Assembly: GCF_036321535.1 (NCBI RefSeq)
Contig: NC_087436.1
Span: 77,812,001-77,876,000, forward strand
DNA: 64,000 nt
Direction of reading: 5' to 3'
From: Camelus dromedarius
Lineage: Eukaryota
In this document: positions 23,889 through 36,600 of the stretch, one piece after another
How positions within the stretch are numbered: the stretch's first letter is position 1
Layout: each line of letters begins with the position of its first letter
Position numbers and translations under genes: made by a program
The notes under the pieces: generated by a model
What the model saw: only the letters and a program-made list of their open reading frames with translations
Databases searched by the model: none
What the model was told of the DNA's origin: nothing

Positions 23889-24259
23889 CCATGTCTAAAG
23901 GATGTTCAGTATGAATCCTATCAATTCTGTTTTAATGTCTAAAATAGCTTTCTATAACTGAATGTTTGATGAAGAGGTCATTCAAGCCTGAAGTATCTTG
24001 GAGAAGCCATTTTCTTTAATAACATCTGGTGGTTTATGTCCATCCAAAATGCTTAATTAGTAATTATTAAAACCATAAACATATTGTGCAATTGTCCTTT
24101 ACCTCCTGCACATCTTCTAAAACTAACACCGAAGAGAATACCCACTACGGTATTGAACACTCTTAGGTGAAAAAATTCTCTACCAGTTAGTGCTAAAGGG
24201 AAAAAAATTTATTTTTCCTTGATATTCTGGTTTTTATCCATTCTGTAGATTTTTAATTT

Positions 24260-24580
24260 AAAGTACCAGCTATGTGACAGGCATTTGCTGTGCACTGGGC
24301 AGTCCCAAACCTCTGGAGATGTCCGGGTATAATGGAGGAGGAAGACACACACATACTATGTGACAAGACGCTAAGGGTGGGATGGGCGCATAGCAGAGGA
24401 AATGCTGACCCTGGAAGAGGTTAAGGAGGAGACATATGAGTTGAGTCGTGAAAAGTGAGGGGAGAACCAGGTATCAAGATGAATCCTTGGTTTCAGACTG
24501 GGCAAGCTCTTAATGGTGCCATTAACCAAGATAGGTAAGAAGAACTCATTTCTGGAAGGAGATAGAAAGTACAGTTTCGG
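24260..24580 (-). mobile_element. L2 remnant
   Basis: agctatgtgacaggcatttgctgtgcactgg...atggtgccattaaccaagatagg...gtacagtttcggcat. Confidence 0.55.
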
Positions 24581-25277
24581 CATTTCACCTTGACACTGCC
24601 GCCTTGGTTTTGATCACAGTGTGGCTTAGTTGACTGACACTGGCTTTCACCTCAGCCGATCCAGGTTCATATCCTGGCTCTACCATGTACTAATGATATT
24701 GCTTTGGGAAATGTCTTAAGCCCTCACAGCTCTGACGTTCTCATTTGTAAAATATAATTGATGATACATACTTCTTAAATTGTAAGGATTAAAATGTACA
24801 ATAGTAACTAAATTTGTAATCCTTTTAGTAATCTTTCCACAGACCTCCCTGAGCCTAGTCTGAACCCAGACTGAGTCCATTTTGCTCTTGGTCTTGGTCT
24901 TTGGTAATGAGTGATGTACTTTTTTCTGTTGCCTACAATTCCATCCTTCGTGCCATGGTTTCCTAGAGCTGAATTCCACCTCCCACCTGGAGCTGAATTC
25001 CCTTATTCTCACCATACTCCATAGCCAGTGCTGAGAAGTGTACCATATCTCACTGTGGTCTTTAAGCCTCAGGGGAGGGAATGAATGAAAATAAGGGTGC
25101 ATATTATCTCCCCTGCTCAAATCTGTACCGTCTGTTGGGACTACACCTTGTTGATAGATTGGTGTTTACAACTATGAGCTTTGTCCTAACTTCCTTCATG
25201 CTACAATCCCCCATCCTCTGTGGGGAGTTATGTCCTCCCACAGTCTTGGGGGGAAGCCAGGATCCAGAGTAATATCG

Positions 25278-25630
25278 TTCTGCTGGACTGTTCACATGCA
25301 TTGGAGGGTGACAGCTGGATCCCAGACAGCTGTTGTATGGTAAGCTGAAGTGGGATAATCACAAGCCGGAAAGGAAGAGGAAATGCTTTCCGGATTCACT
25401 GAAGCACAACTTCAAGAAACACAGAAAAACTGGAGACAATTAGGCAACTCAGGCTGACAAGCAGCTATCAGGAACACAGCATCAGGCTAGCCAGGAAACC
25501 GTCACAGACAGCAAAATATCTTTCAGATCGCTGTGGCCAGTGGTAATTAAAGAACATTTCCTGTGTGCTCAGTCTAGCAACGACCTCTGGACCATTGAGG
25601 GTATTTCTGGCTACATGCTCATTGAGATGT
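25278..25630 (+). mobile_element. Ancient RTE-clade LINE fossil (L4/MamRTE-like)
   Basis: 25321-25419 translates to PRQLLYGKLKWDNHKPERKRKCFPDSLKHNFKK, preceded by FCWTVHMH. This resembles the RTE ORF C-terminal motif LRWAGHV..RIPKQLLYGEL..G.R..G..KRFKD.LK. Confidence 0.65.
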
Positions 25631-26466
25631 CAACGCTGCCTCTCCGAGCGGGATGGCCACACGGCTCTCCCCTAATCTCCCTGTCTAAATTTCACAGGCC
25701 ATGCAGAAGGAGGACCTTGCAGCCACTCTTCATTCCAATAAAAGGACTTCAGCAGCTGTAAAAGAAAGGAACATAGAGCATGAGGTTAGTAAGCTTGGCT
25801 GTTGGGCCACACAATAGACAGCCTACCAGGTTGACACCTAGGGATGCAATGTGCTACAGCAAAAAGAGTCAGGGGTAGAGTCACATCCCAACTCTGCAAA
25901 AATGTGAAACTTTGCTTCCTGGTCTGTAAAATGGATAAAAAGTACCTCTAATGGTTTTCTAAAAATTAAATGAAATAATACATAGTGTGTTCAGAATACA
26001 TGGTTTAGAAATAATTAGTTCTCTACTTTTTGATCTACTAGGGAAAACTGGCAGGTACAGAAGTGCGACTTCAGCTGTGCCTTTAGCGATGATAACCATG
26101 TCTCCCCCAGTGCTCAGGTTTTGCTTTTTGGTTGAAGAGATTAGCAAGATGGTCATAACTTAATTCTGTCATTCCACTTACGAGTTCACTGGTAAATAAC
26201 ACCATTACTGTATCAGCTAGCTCCCTCCCTCTGTTAGGAAGTAACTTGTGGGGCACTCACGGTTGTGGTATATATTAGAAAAAGAAAACAGTAACCTCCA
26301 AGTCACATTTCCCAGCTTGATGTGAAAAAGGGGGAAGGAGGATGAGAAAGCAAGGCTGGAAGACCTTCCCCAACTAGAGCATCCTTACTTTGAAATGTTA
26401 TACACACTGGCTTTCCCTTAAGGTCTTTCTATATGCAAAGGGTTCTATGACTGGAAAATTAAGTTT

Positions 26467-26600
26467 GAGGGAAAATATAGCTCAGTGGTAGAGTGCGTGC
26501 TTAGCATACACGAGGTCCTGGGTTCAATCCTCATTACCACCATTAAAATAAATAAACAATAAATAAAAACTTAATTACCTCCCCCACAAAAAATTTTTAA
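26467..26600 (+). mobile_element. tRNA-Ala-derived SINE (camelid vic-1-like)
   Basis: A box tagctcagtggtagag, B box gggttcaatcct, AT-rich tail plus ttaattacctccccc. Confidence 0.85.
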
Positions 26601-27119
26601 AAAAGCAAGTTTAAAAGACTGACTATTTTTAAAAAGTATTTCTTAAAAAGAACAATTTGTTTGCAATGTTCCTGTTCAGATGAAGGCTGCCCTCAGTGCG
26701 TCCGGCCTCCACAAAGGCCGAAGACAGCTGCCTGGTCTTTGGAAGCTCTTGGCCGGCTGCCTCTCAAGGGATCACAGAAACTTTTTCTGAGGGTCTCCAT
26801 ATCAGTGGCTGCTGGTGTCTCTCTCAACACCACTCTAGTTCTATTCTAAGTGTTCTTCTTTTTCTTGCTGGGAAGAATTCAGGTGAGTAATAGGAATGAT
26901 GGAAAGCAAGGTCAGAACTGGCCTTTTTCAGGTCCATCCTTCCTAAAGCTGCTTGAAAACTCACTGTCTTCATGGCTTCATATCACTTTAAAAGAATTGC
27001 CACTACAGAAACTGTGATAATACAAGAAAAATATATAAACTAAGGGAGAAATCAAGGTGCAGCTGATACACCAAGCCAGCTCCTAACGACACCGAGGCCC
27101 GGCTGATACTTTAACACGT

Positions 27120-27390
27120 GAGGAGACACAGCATAACGGTTAAGACCAGGGACTTCAAAGTCACCCTGCCAGGTTCCCTTCTTGGCTCCGCCGGTTCCCA
27201 GCTGTGAGATCTTGGCCACATCACTTAGCCTCTCTGGGCCTCATTTACATCATCTATAAGATGAGGCTGCTAATAGTGGCATCTATCTTAGAGGATTGTT
27301 CTCAGAATTAATGAGGGATGTTCTTGAAACAACACCCAACGTTACAGTAAGTCCTTAATAAACCACGTGCCTGTATATACATGAGGCGCA
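27120..27390 (+). mobile_element. MIR SINE
   Basis: ggttaagaccaggg...agctgtgagatcttggcc...ctctctgggcctc...catctataagatgagg. Confidence 0.75.
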
Positions 27391-27654
27391 ATAAATCTCT
27401 GTTGAATTGGGGAAAAAAAGAAAAATTAAGTTTGAAAACTACTTTTCTGTAACATTCATGCTCATGAGAACACTTGGGTAAAAAGGCAACAGTATTTTTA
27501 CATCCTAGGTCACGTAACACAGCTACCCCACTCTAAATTTAGTCTATACAGGGCTGGAAATCTATATATAACATAGAACTGTTCCTACCAGAAACGTCTC
27601 TGAAATGAACTAGGCCCTGAAAGGATACAGGGAAAAAGGAAACATTTCAAGGAT

Positions 27655-28175
27655 ACAGGGTTGAGGGTTCCCAAGACCATCCATCCTCAGGTTGGATAAT
27701 TCCCTAGGAGCACTCACGGGATCAGCACATAGAAATACCTATGGGTATAATTATTGCAGCTAAAAGATACCAAGCAAAAGCAATGAAGGAAAAAGGCCCA
27801 TGAAGCAGAGCCTGGAGGAAACCAGGAGCAGGCTTTCAAGAGTCCTCTCTCCGGGGAGTCACACAGCAACAAGCTGTGACAGCACGTGTGAGATGCCCTC
27901 TACCAAGAAAGCTCAATAGAGGCTCAGGGTCCAGGAGTTCTACGGGGGGTGGGCACGTAGGCATCCTCTGCCTCTCTCCCACCAAAATCCTAGACTTCCA
28001 GAAGAAAGCAGGTGTTGGGCATAAACCAAACTGTTTGTATAAACAGCTTAGAAACAGTGAGCCACCCTTATCAGTTAGGATAAGATGAACTTTCCCCAAA
28101 TATAAGTGCCCAGATGCCAGCCGAGCCATTCGTAAGACAGGAGTCAGACCTGCTACGTTAACTCTTTTTGTGCAT
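27655..28175 (-). mobile_element. ERVL-class LTR (MER21-like)
   Basis: gggttcccaagacc...ggaggaaaccagg..caggctttcaagagtcctctc...cagacctgctacgttaactcttttt. Confidence 0.65.
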
Positions 28176-29517
28176 AGATATCCGTTAAACAGCTTGGGAG
28201 TCGATGATGTAAGCATAATATAAACATCAGGATGTGAATGACTTTAAATCATCTGTAACCTTATAAATTCGGCAGCAATAATGTAAACACCATAGGCATC
28301 CCTCCAAGGGGAAAGAGGCACTGGAAAGACTGGGCTCTTCTCTGTAATCACTTACAGCCAGCGCCGTAAAACATGAGCTTTGTGAATTCACGTATCAAGG
28401 TATATGTGTAATTAGGAACACAAGGACATAAGCATTGCAATGAAATGACTGTAGTTAAAGAACCATAGGTCATAGTTTAATCCTCTTATTGTGCAAGTAA
28501 GGATACAGAAACCCAGAAAGGTTATTTGACTGATCCAAGATCCCATAGCTGTCTATGGACCAATCAGGGCGTAGAACTCGGCTGACAAAATTCGTAGCAA
28601 CATGCTTTTCACCTTCACTTCACTCCACTGTTCATGTTCTGAGGTCCCTGGGAAAGACAATCTCTAAATGTAAACACATTGCTTAGAAGGTGTTACACCA
28701 GGGAGAACACAATAATGCTGTAAAAATATCACTTCACGGCCACAAAATTAATGAATCCATAAATCAACAAATGCCGTCAAACCCCACTAATGATTTGAGA
28801 AATGAGCTCCAAAAGCTTTTTGAAACATGTGAAATATGAGCATTATTATGCCCAGGTTAATAAAATGAGAACAGGGAAGACCCGGGACAAGTGGCAACTT
28901 CCAGCTGGACGTTAGGTTGAGTTTGCTTTTCCCAGGTGTGTTCTTGGGGGAGTTTCCTCTGTGTTCAAATAAGTTTTGATCTTTATGTGTTTGGTAGTCA
29001 GATAGCTTGTACTTTCACACACTCCACATTGATTTTCACAAATCTCCTTTCCTCAGTGGATTTCAGTCTTTCGTCCGTGACTGAGTCACCACAGGATGTG
29101 TCTAACTGCCGATGGTGGGGAGAAAGCTCGGACACCACAGAGGCAGAGGTGGGTGTGGGGAAGGGGCTGGTGTCAGGACCTGGGCCAAGGGGGTCTCGTC
29201 CTTCAACTCTCCACTTTGTTCCCTCCCTACCTTCTTGTTTCTCAAAAGAAACTTCTTTCAAGATGAGTATGAAGAGATATTGCCCACACTCAGACTTGCA
29301 GAAGCCCTCACTGCCCCTGAGGGTGGGGGTGGGGGTGGGCTGGGGAGTCAGGCAGTGGGGGCATAGCCCTAGACAGTTTCATACAAGATGTTAAGAGGCA
29401 GGAAAATGTTAAACTTCAGAGAAGGAAGAAGAGTAAGGAAAACATAGGTCAAGTCCTTGGGGACAGATAATACAATGAATGACTGCTAAACGCCCTTTCC
29501 ACTTATATTTCTCTATC

Positions 29518-30096
29518 TGATACAGGAAAAAGGAGGCGGTGCGCGAGAGAATGGCCATGTCCCAGGTCTTGGCTGAGTCCCTGGGATGTGCCCCAATAAG
29601 TGAGGGTCCTTGGCTTCATGCAGGAAAGAATTCATGAGTGAGCCATAGTTGAATAAAAGTAGATTTACTTAGAAAGATGTTTGGAGGTGGGGAGTAAAGA
29701 TAGATACACATTCCAGAGACAGAGTGTGGGCTGTCTCAGAAGGCAAGAGACAGAGAGCGACCATGAGATGCAGTGTTGTTAGTTTTATATGCTAACAAGT
29801 GAGAGGATTGTTCCAACTGGTTTGGGGGAGGGACAGGGATTCCCAGGAAATGGGCCACTGCTCTCTCTTTGACCTTTCAAGGTTAGCTTCAGAACTGTCT
29901 CGGCACCTATGGGTGTGTCATTCACCGTGCTAGTACATCACAATGTGTATAATGAAGCTCAAGGTCCACTGGAAGTTGAATCTCCCACCATCTTGGGCCT
30001 CAGGGTCTACTGGGATTTGAATTTTCTGCCATCTTGAAGCTAATTGCTGTGTCATTCCTTTAATGGCTGTGTCCTGCCCACTTCCCTCCTCTCTCA
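29518..30096 (-). mobile_element. ERV1-like solo LTR
   Basis: TG...CA termini; internal ttggcttcatgcaggaaagaattc and ggtgtgtcattc motifs. TSD not recognisable. Confidence 0.6.
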
Positions 30097-32365
30097 ATGA
30101 AAGTGATGATTTTTAGAGCAAAATCCAAAACAGGAGAGGAGATTGTAAATGGCTGGGCAAGTCCACTCGGCCCCCACGCATTATATCCTGCTTAAACAGA
30201 GTGTGGAACAGCTACAGGAAAGCCGGTGGTCTTTTAGGGAAAGACAGAAAAGATATGAAGGGTCTGGAGATTTGAAAATGTTGTCCACAGTTTTAAAAAG
30301 GAGAGAAGGTAGCTACAGCAGAAAAATTCCATTATCTTGAGATTCATCCAGAGCAGGATTCTGTGTTCTGCAGGTGCTGCCTTCCCTGGCCCAGATGACC
30401 TGAAGTCTGTGGGAGAATCAACAAAGGGCCGGATCAAGGTTCCTAAGGTGGGGGACCGTCCCCTTGCTGTCCCTGTCATCTATGGTTCTGGGAAGGCGAG
30501 CCTGGTCTCTCCCTTTCCCAAGAGTCTGAAGCCTTTCTTCCAACCCCAGTCCAGGGGTGGGAATAGTGTCCTTCAAATATCTTTGTTGGGATGCGTAGGC
30601 ACTTGAACCAGGACTGGAGAGCCGTCTCATAAACCTTTGCTTATTCTGATTAGCAGCCAGCCTATTTCCTACTGTTCTTTCAGGTTCCAGCAATTCCAAG
30701 CATTTCTCCTTTCCCATCTTATTCCCGATCTAAACCAAGCTTGACAGAACTCTGTACAACTGTGTCTGCCCTCTTATCTTCATGGGCTCTTGCAAATCTG
30801 AGATCCTGATTCTGTGCCCTTCCCGTTGATGTTGCTTCGCTGAACTCTGAGGACAGCTCTGGCCCCAGACAGCCTTCTCCTCTTGGGCAGTCCTGTCTGC
30901 TTTCTTGTTGATCGGTTTTTATACTATGACAGTGATTCTCATTGTTTCCTTCATCAACTGAAATTTGATAGACACAAGAAACTAGGTTAAGACTTGGATT
31001 TTTTTGTTTGGCTTTGTTTTTGTTTTTAGCAGAACAGGACTTATAAAAGCTATATAAATGGTTGAATTTTAATTTTAGTGTAAATAATCAATTTGGGTGT
31101 TTCTGTTTGTTTGACAGTTCATATGTATAAATATGAAAGATCAAGAGAATAGGAAAAGAGGGGGTGAGAAAGGCATTTCATTGCTTTTGTTTAGTTGAAA
31201 ATGATGCTACTTTGATGGTTGCCATTTATGAGTATTACAAAAACGACTGTCCAGAAAGGCATGATAAAAAAAATCTGAGTAACTCATTTTTTAGCTCCAT
31301 TAAGGACAGAATAAGTTTAGTGGCTTAGAGCATGAACTTCGGAATGAGATGGGGCTGCCTTCAAATGCTGCCTGCTTTACTGACCCGCAATATGACTTAG
31401 TGACTTCAATCTTTCTAACACATTATTTCCTCATTTATGTAATGCATTTATTAAAAGACCTCATTGTGAGGTAGAAATTATGTAATATATAAAATATGCT
31501 TAGTACTTTGCTTGGCACGTAGTAAACACCTCACAATTGGTAGGTAGTGCTTTAGTAAGGACTAGATAAGTGCCTGCATTAACTCGGGGCCAGCCTCACG
31601 AACACAAAGAGCAGGACTTGTGATTTAATATGTTCTGTCCTCATGATCCACTTGTTCATTCTCCTACTGGCCTTAAAGGAATAAGGCTTTTGTGTCTAGT
31701 TTATTAAATAAGCTGGATTCAATAGAGCAAAAAGCACATTTTTTTTCTTTTAGCCACTATCTCTTTGAACCCACTCTCTCAACCTGTTCTCTCTTCACCC
31801 TGGATGAATGCTGTTCAGGTCTCACAGCTCTCCTGGTTACTATTAAGTAATAAGTCACCATTAAGTAAGAAAACAGTTAATCTTATGCAATAACTGCATA
31901 ACTCCAAACTCACATTCAGTGTGAATCTCCACCATCCCAGCTTGGGTCTCCTTTAGGTTTGCAAGATCGGGAGGCGGAGGATGGGCACTGGTTGCTTCTT
32001 TGTTTCTCTTGTTCTTCATTAAACATTGTCCGGGAGAAGGAAAAATTAAGTCAGTGCTAGCTTCCAACATCTGCATTCAAATTAGCTTATTAAATATGCT
32101 CTCAAATCCTGGCTTCCCCATGGCAGCCTCAGCTGGTGTCACTGAGTTGCTCTAGCCATGGGAACAGTCGTGCTCATTTTGGCAAGGAGAGAGCTAGCAG
32201 AAGTCTCAGCCCCACTGGTCTGGCTCCCCTCTGCACGAGGTCTCAGACCACACTAGTGTGTCAGGGAAACCATGGGAGTGGGCCAGGTCGACTCGTGGCC
32301 ATGTGCATAGACAAGACAATGTAATTTACAGGGTACTGTGCAAAATGGAAGCCCAGGATCCTTTT

Positions 32366-33107
32366 TCAAAAGAGGAGCCCTCCTATGCTGCTGGTGGGAA
32401 TGCAAACTGGTGCAGCCACCATGGAGAACAGTATGGGGTTCCTTAAAAAACTAAAAATAGAGTTACCATTTGACCCAGCAATCCCACTCCTGGGCGTATA
32501 TCTGGAGAAAACCCTAATTGGAAAAGATACATGCACCCCAATATTCATAGCAGCACTATTTACAATAGCCAAGACTTGGAAACAACCTAAATCTCCATAG
32601 ACAGATGACTACATAAAGAGTATGTGTGGGGGTGTGTGTATGTATATAATGGAATATTACTCAGCCACAAAAGGGAATGAAATAATGTCATTGGAAGCAA
32701 CATGGATAGACCTAGAGATTGTCTTACTAAGTGAAGTAAATCAGTAAGAGAAAGACAAATATCATATGGTATCACTTATATGTGGAATCCAAAAAAAAAA
32801 AAAAAAAAAGACACAGATGAACTTATTTACAAAACAGAAAGAGACTCACGGACATAGAAAACAAACTTCCCCATGGCAGGGGAAGAAGATGGGGAGGGAT
32901 AAATTGGGAGTTTGGGACTGGCAGATACAAACTACTATGTACAGAATAGATAAACATCAAGGTTCTACTGTATAGCACAAGGAACTATATTCAGTGGCTT
33001 GTAGTAACTTGTCATGAAAAAGAATATATATATATATATATATGAATCACTATGCTATACACCAGAAACTAACACAATATTGTAAACTCACTATACTTCA
33101 ATTAAAG
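32366..33107 (+). mobile_element. 5'-truncated L1
   Basis: ORF 32385-32600 contains LKKLKIELPFDPAIPLLGVY...[16 protein letters not shown]; 3' UTR ends ctatacttcaattaaa. Confidence 0.95.
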
Positions 33108-33943
33108 AGAGAGACATGGAATGCTGGCACCTGATGAGGAAGCTCAGAAGGGAAAGTCCCCGCTCTGCCTACTCCTGATTGCAGTAGGAGGAAGGATCAT
33201 AATGCACAGGACTTCAGACTTTTCTGAGCAATCCTGTATTCACTGTTTCTCAGATGTGGTACCTGTGCCCACAGAATCTCAGGGCCGAGGATCAGTTAAA
33301 ATGCTTCTTGTCGTTGGGCCCATCTGGAGCCCTCTTCCTGAGAGACAAAGCGTGAGAAGACTGGCCACTGGCCGCTATAACTTCACCGAGCCTCACATCC
33401 GCTCTGGGCATCCCCCGCCCTGTGGGCAGCCTCAGTCTCCCCCTGCCGAAGTCTTTCCTTAGCAGGACGGGGAGGACCCGCGAGCAAAGGGATAGACATG
33501 AACCCGCAGGTTTGGCAGTCCCTTTTCCTCAATGGGAGGGTTCATCTGTTTCCTAAATCCTAACATGCTGTGAGGTGCTCGAGTGTACACTATCCTGCGA
33601 TGTCATCGTGGCTCGGATTATTTCCAGAAGGTCACCTGATATGGAAAATACCAGAGGCCTCTCTCTAAAGTAGTTCAACACTTGGCACTTGTAGCTTCAG
33701 ATGTGAAATATGACAACCCAATTTCTTCTTTATTTTCTTCTGGATTGACACCTTTTTATTTAAATCTAATACTGTTTATTTAATTATCCTCATTAGAAAT
33801 ATTTAATACATCAAAAAGATTCTTTAATGCTGAACACTGTACTGTCACTAATTTTTTTATACTTTTATTTATTTTTACTTTTAATCATCCTTTCCCTTCC
33901 AGCTTTATTGAGATATACCTGACATACAGCACTGTATACTTCC

Positions 33944-34062
33944 TTTGGAGGCGGGGGTAATTTGGTTTATGTATTTATTTATTTAATGGAGGGACTGGGG
34001 ATTGAATCCAGGACCTCATGCTTGCTAGGCATGCACTCTACCACTGAGCTGTACCCTCCTCC
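33944..34062 (-). mobile_element. vic-1-like SINE with an L1 3' tip at its tail (about 33865-33940)
   Basis: ggggattgaatccaggacctc...ctctaccactgagctgtaccctcc; flanking cactaat repeats at 33846 and 34063. Confidence 0.85.
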
Positions 34063-35609
34063 CACTAATATGTTTTTAAACCTTACTTTTTCAAAAGTAT
34101 ACTTTATATAGAGTATATGTATATAATATATATTTATGTAATATTAGTGTTAAGTAATATAATACAATAAAAACAATACTTTAGATGTGTGTATTATTTC
34201 TGGCAGAAAAAAAGTTAAATTTTTTTTTTTTAAATCTGATGTTTAGGGAAAAAAAAAACCTAAAGTCACTTAGTTACAAAAATACTGCCAAATCTAGGGA
34301 ACTGGCCCCAAACCTAGGAAGATTTGAATTTCACATTAAACAAACAGAGGCAACCATAAAAGAACTTTCTGGTAAACATTTGTGCATAAGAATGCAATTA
34401 GAATTAGTTCAAAGAAAATTTGAAAATAAAAGGGGAAGGTAAGAAATCATAACCCGGACATGGTATATTTCAAAGTGATCCTCAAACTCAATTCTTAAAT
34501 ACAGTGTTTGCTGACTCTTGCTGACATTTAACTGGCTTAATGAAGAGATTGTTTCTGAAATAACTGTTTAGTTAAAACTGTGATTAAGCACGTAAGCCTT
34601 GTCATTTGAATTCTAGGACCATGGTAATGTTCCTGGAGTTTGCAGCCCATCAGCACTTCAGATTTAATTCAGATGAGCAAATGAGCCTACACTTAGATAC
34701 AAACATAAGTACAGAGCCACCAGAACCATCATGATACATACATGCAAAAGCACAGATAAAGACAATTTCTTCACCCCCTTTTCCTTTCATCGCTGAACTG
34801 AATGTACTTATTTTTTCTTTACTGTTCCCAGAACTTTCCTTGGTGATCTATAATTAAGTTGCATTCTTAGAGAGTGCTTAGAATATATGAAAAAGTGTTT
34901 TGAAAGGCAAATTATTTTCTAATGAAATCAGCACTATTTCTTGCAGCAGATTACTGGCTATTGCAGATGTTACTCATAAAATACCTGTCAACACACCAAG
35001 AGGAAATCTAATTGTGTCATAGGTACAAGCTACATATATCGTGGTTTGTATAAAGAGACTATATTATGTTACAGTCTCAGAGGAAGTTTAAGACTTTCGT
35101 ATAAACCAAGGTGCTCTTTTAGTAATGATATAGACACAAAGTAAATCAGTCTAAAATAAGTAATTAACTCTTATAGAAAAATATATGGACAACTCATTTG
35201 ACTCTTGATAGTTTTGAAAGCAAATGTAAGATACAGTCATGGTTGTTTCCATCTCTAGGAAAACATCCAAAAAATCTAAATGTAAAATGTATTATTTGAG
35301 GGATATACTTTGTTGATATAATATGTTTGCACTACAAAGAAACAGGACAATGAACATTGCTAGAATGAGCTATTGTTGAAATTTCATTTTCAATATTTAT
35401 CCCTTACCAACACTTCTTCTAGCCTTCTTTTATTGTTTTCTGCCTTCTCTCTTTCCTTCATTTTTCTTCTCATCAGCATGCCAACTCCATGAAAGCAAAT
35501 ACTTATCCTCTGAAACTGTTCTTTTTTTTTTTTACATTGTACTTCACAGTAACAGTTAACATTATTTAGACATCTAATCAGGTTTTCTTCCTATTCAAGA
35601 AGTTTCACC

Positions 35610-36600
35610 TGGACACCAAAAGCACAAGCAACAAAAGAAAAAAATAGATAAATTGGATCTCATCAAAATTAAAAACATCAGAAGAGTGAAATGATGACCC
35701 ACAAAACAGGAGACTGTTTTTTTTAATTATGTGTCTGATGAGGAACTCGTATCTAGACTATCTAAAGAACTACTACAACTAGATGGCAAAAAGACAAATA
35801 ACACAATGCAAAAATGGACAAAGGATCTGAATAGACATTTCTCCAAAGAAGATACACAAATGACCAATAAGTACACAAAAAGGTGCTTAACGTCATTAGT
35901 CATCAGAGAACTGTTAAGCAAAGCCACAGTGAGACACCACTTCATATCCATTAGCATGTCTCTAATCAAAAAGTCACATAGTAACAAGTGTAGAGCAAAG
36001 TGTAAATCAACTACACTTCAATCAAAATAAGTACATAAATAAATAAATAAATATTATCAGATAGTAACAAGTGTCAGTGAGGATGGAGAGAAATTGGAAG
36101 CCTCATACATAGCCAGTAAAAATGTGAACTGGTGCAGCTGCTTTGAAAACAGCCTGACAGTTTGTCAAATAGTAAGACATATAGTATTATCATATGATCC
36201 AGCAATTCAATTTCTAGTTATATACTCAAGAGAAATGGAAACCTATGTTTACATAAAAACTTGCACATAGATGTTCATAGCACTGTTTCCAACAGTCAAA
36301 AAGTAGGGGAAAATCCCAAGTGTCCATTAACTGGTAAATGGATAACTGAGATGTAGTATATCCTTACAACGGAATATTATTTGGCAAGAAAAAAGAAGGA
36401 AGTACTGATGCTACAACACAGATGAGCCTTGAAGACATTATGCTAAGTGAAAGAAGCCAGTCACAAAGGACCACAAAATTGTATGATTCCATTTATGTGG
36501 AATGCCAAGAATAGCCAAATCTACAGAGACAGAAAGCAGATTAGTGGTTTCCTATGCCTGGAGGTGATAAGGAGACATGAGGAGACTGGGGTGATGACTA
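35610..36600 (+). mobile_element. Old L1 (L1MB-like) ORF2 end and 3' UTR
   Basis: ORF 35731-36030 contains KWTKDLNRHFSKEDTQM; 3' UTR gacattatgctaagtgaaagaagccagtcacaaaggac. Confidence 0.9.

Noticed and set aside
26467..26545. tRNA-Ala gene (also 33990-34062, 43496-43570, 55030-55106, 60047-60122)
   Set aside because: Degenerate stems, A-rich tails and, in some copies, TSDs show these are SINE heads, not functional tRNAs.
30933..30985. Possible exon DSHCFLHQLKFDRHKKL
   Set aside because: Weak donor (TAG|GTTAAG) and no phase-compatible neighbours identified.
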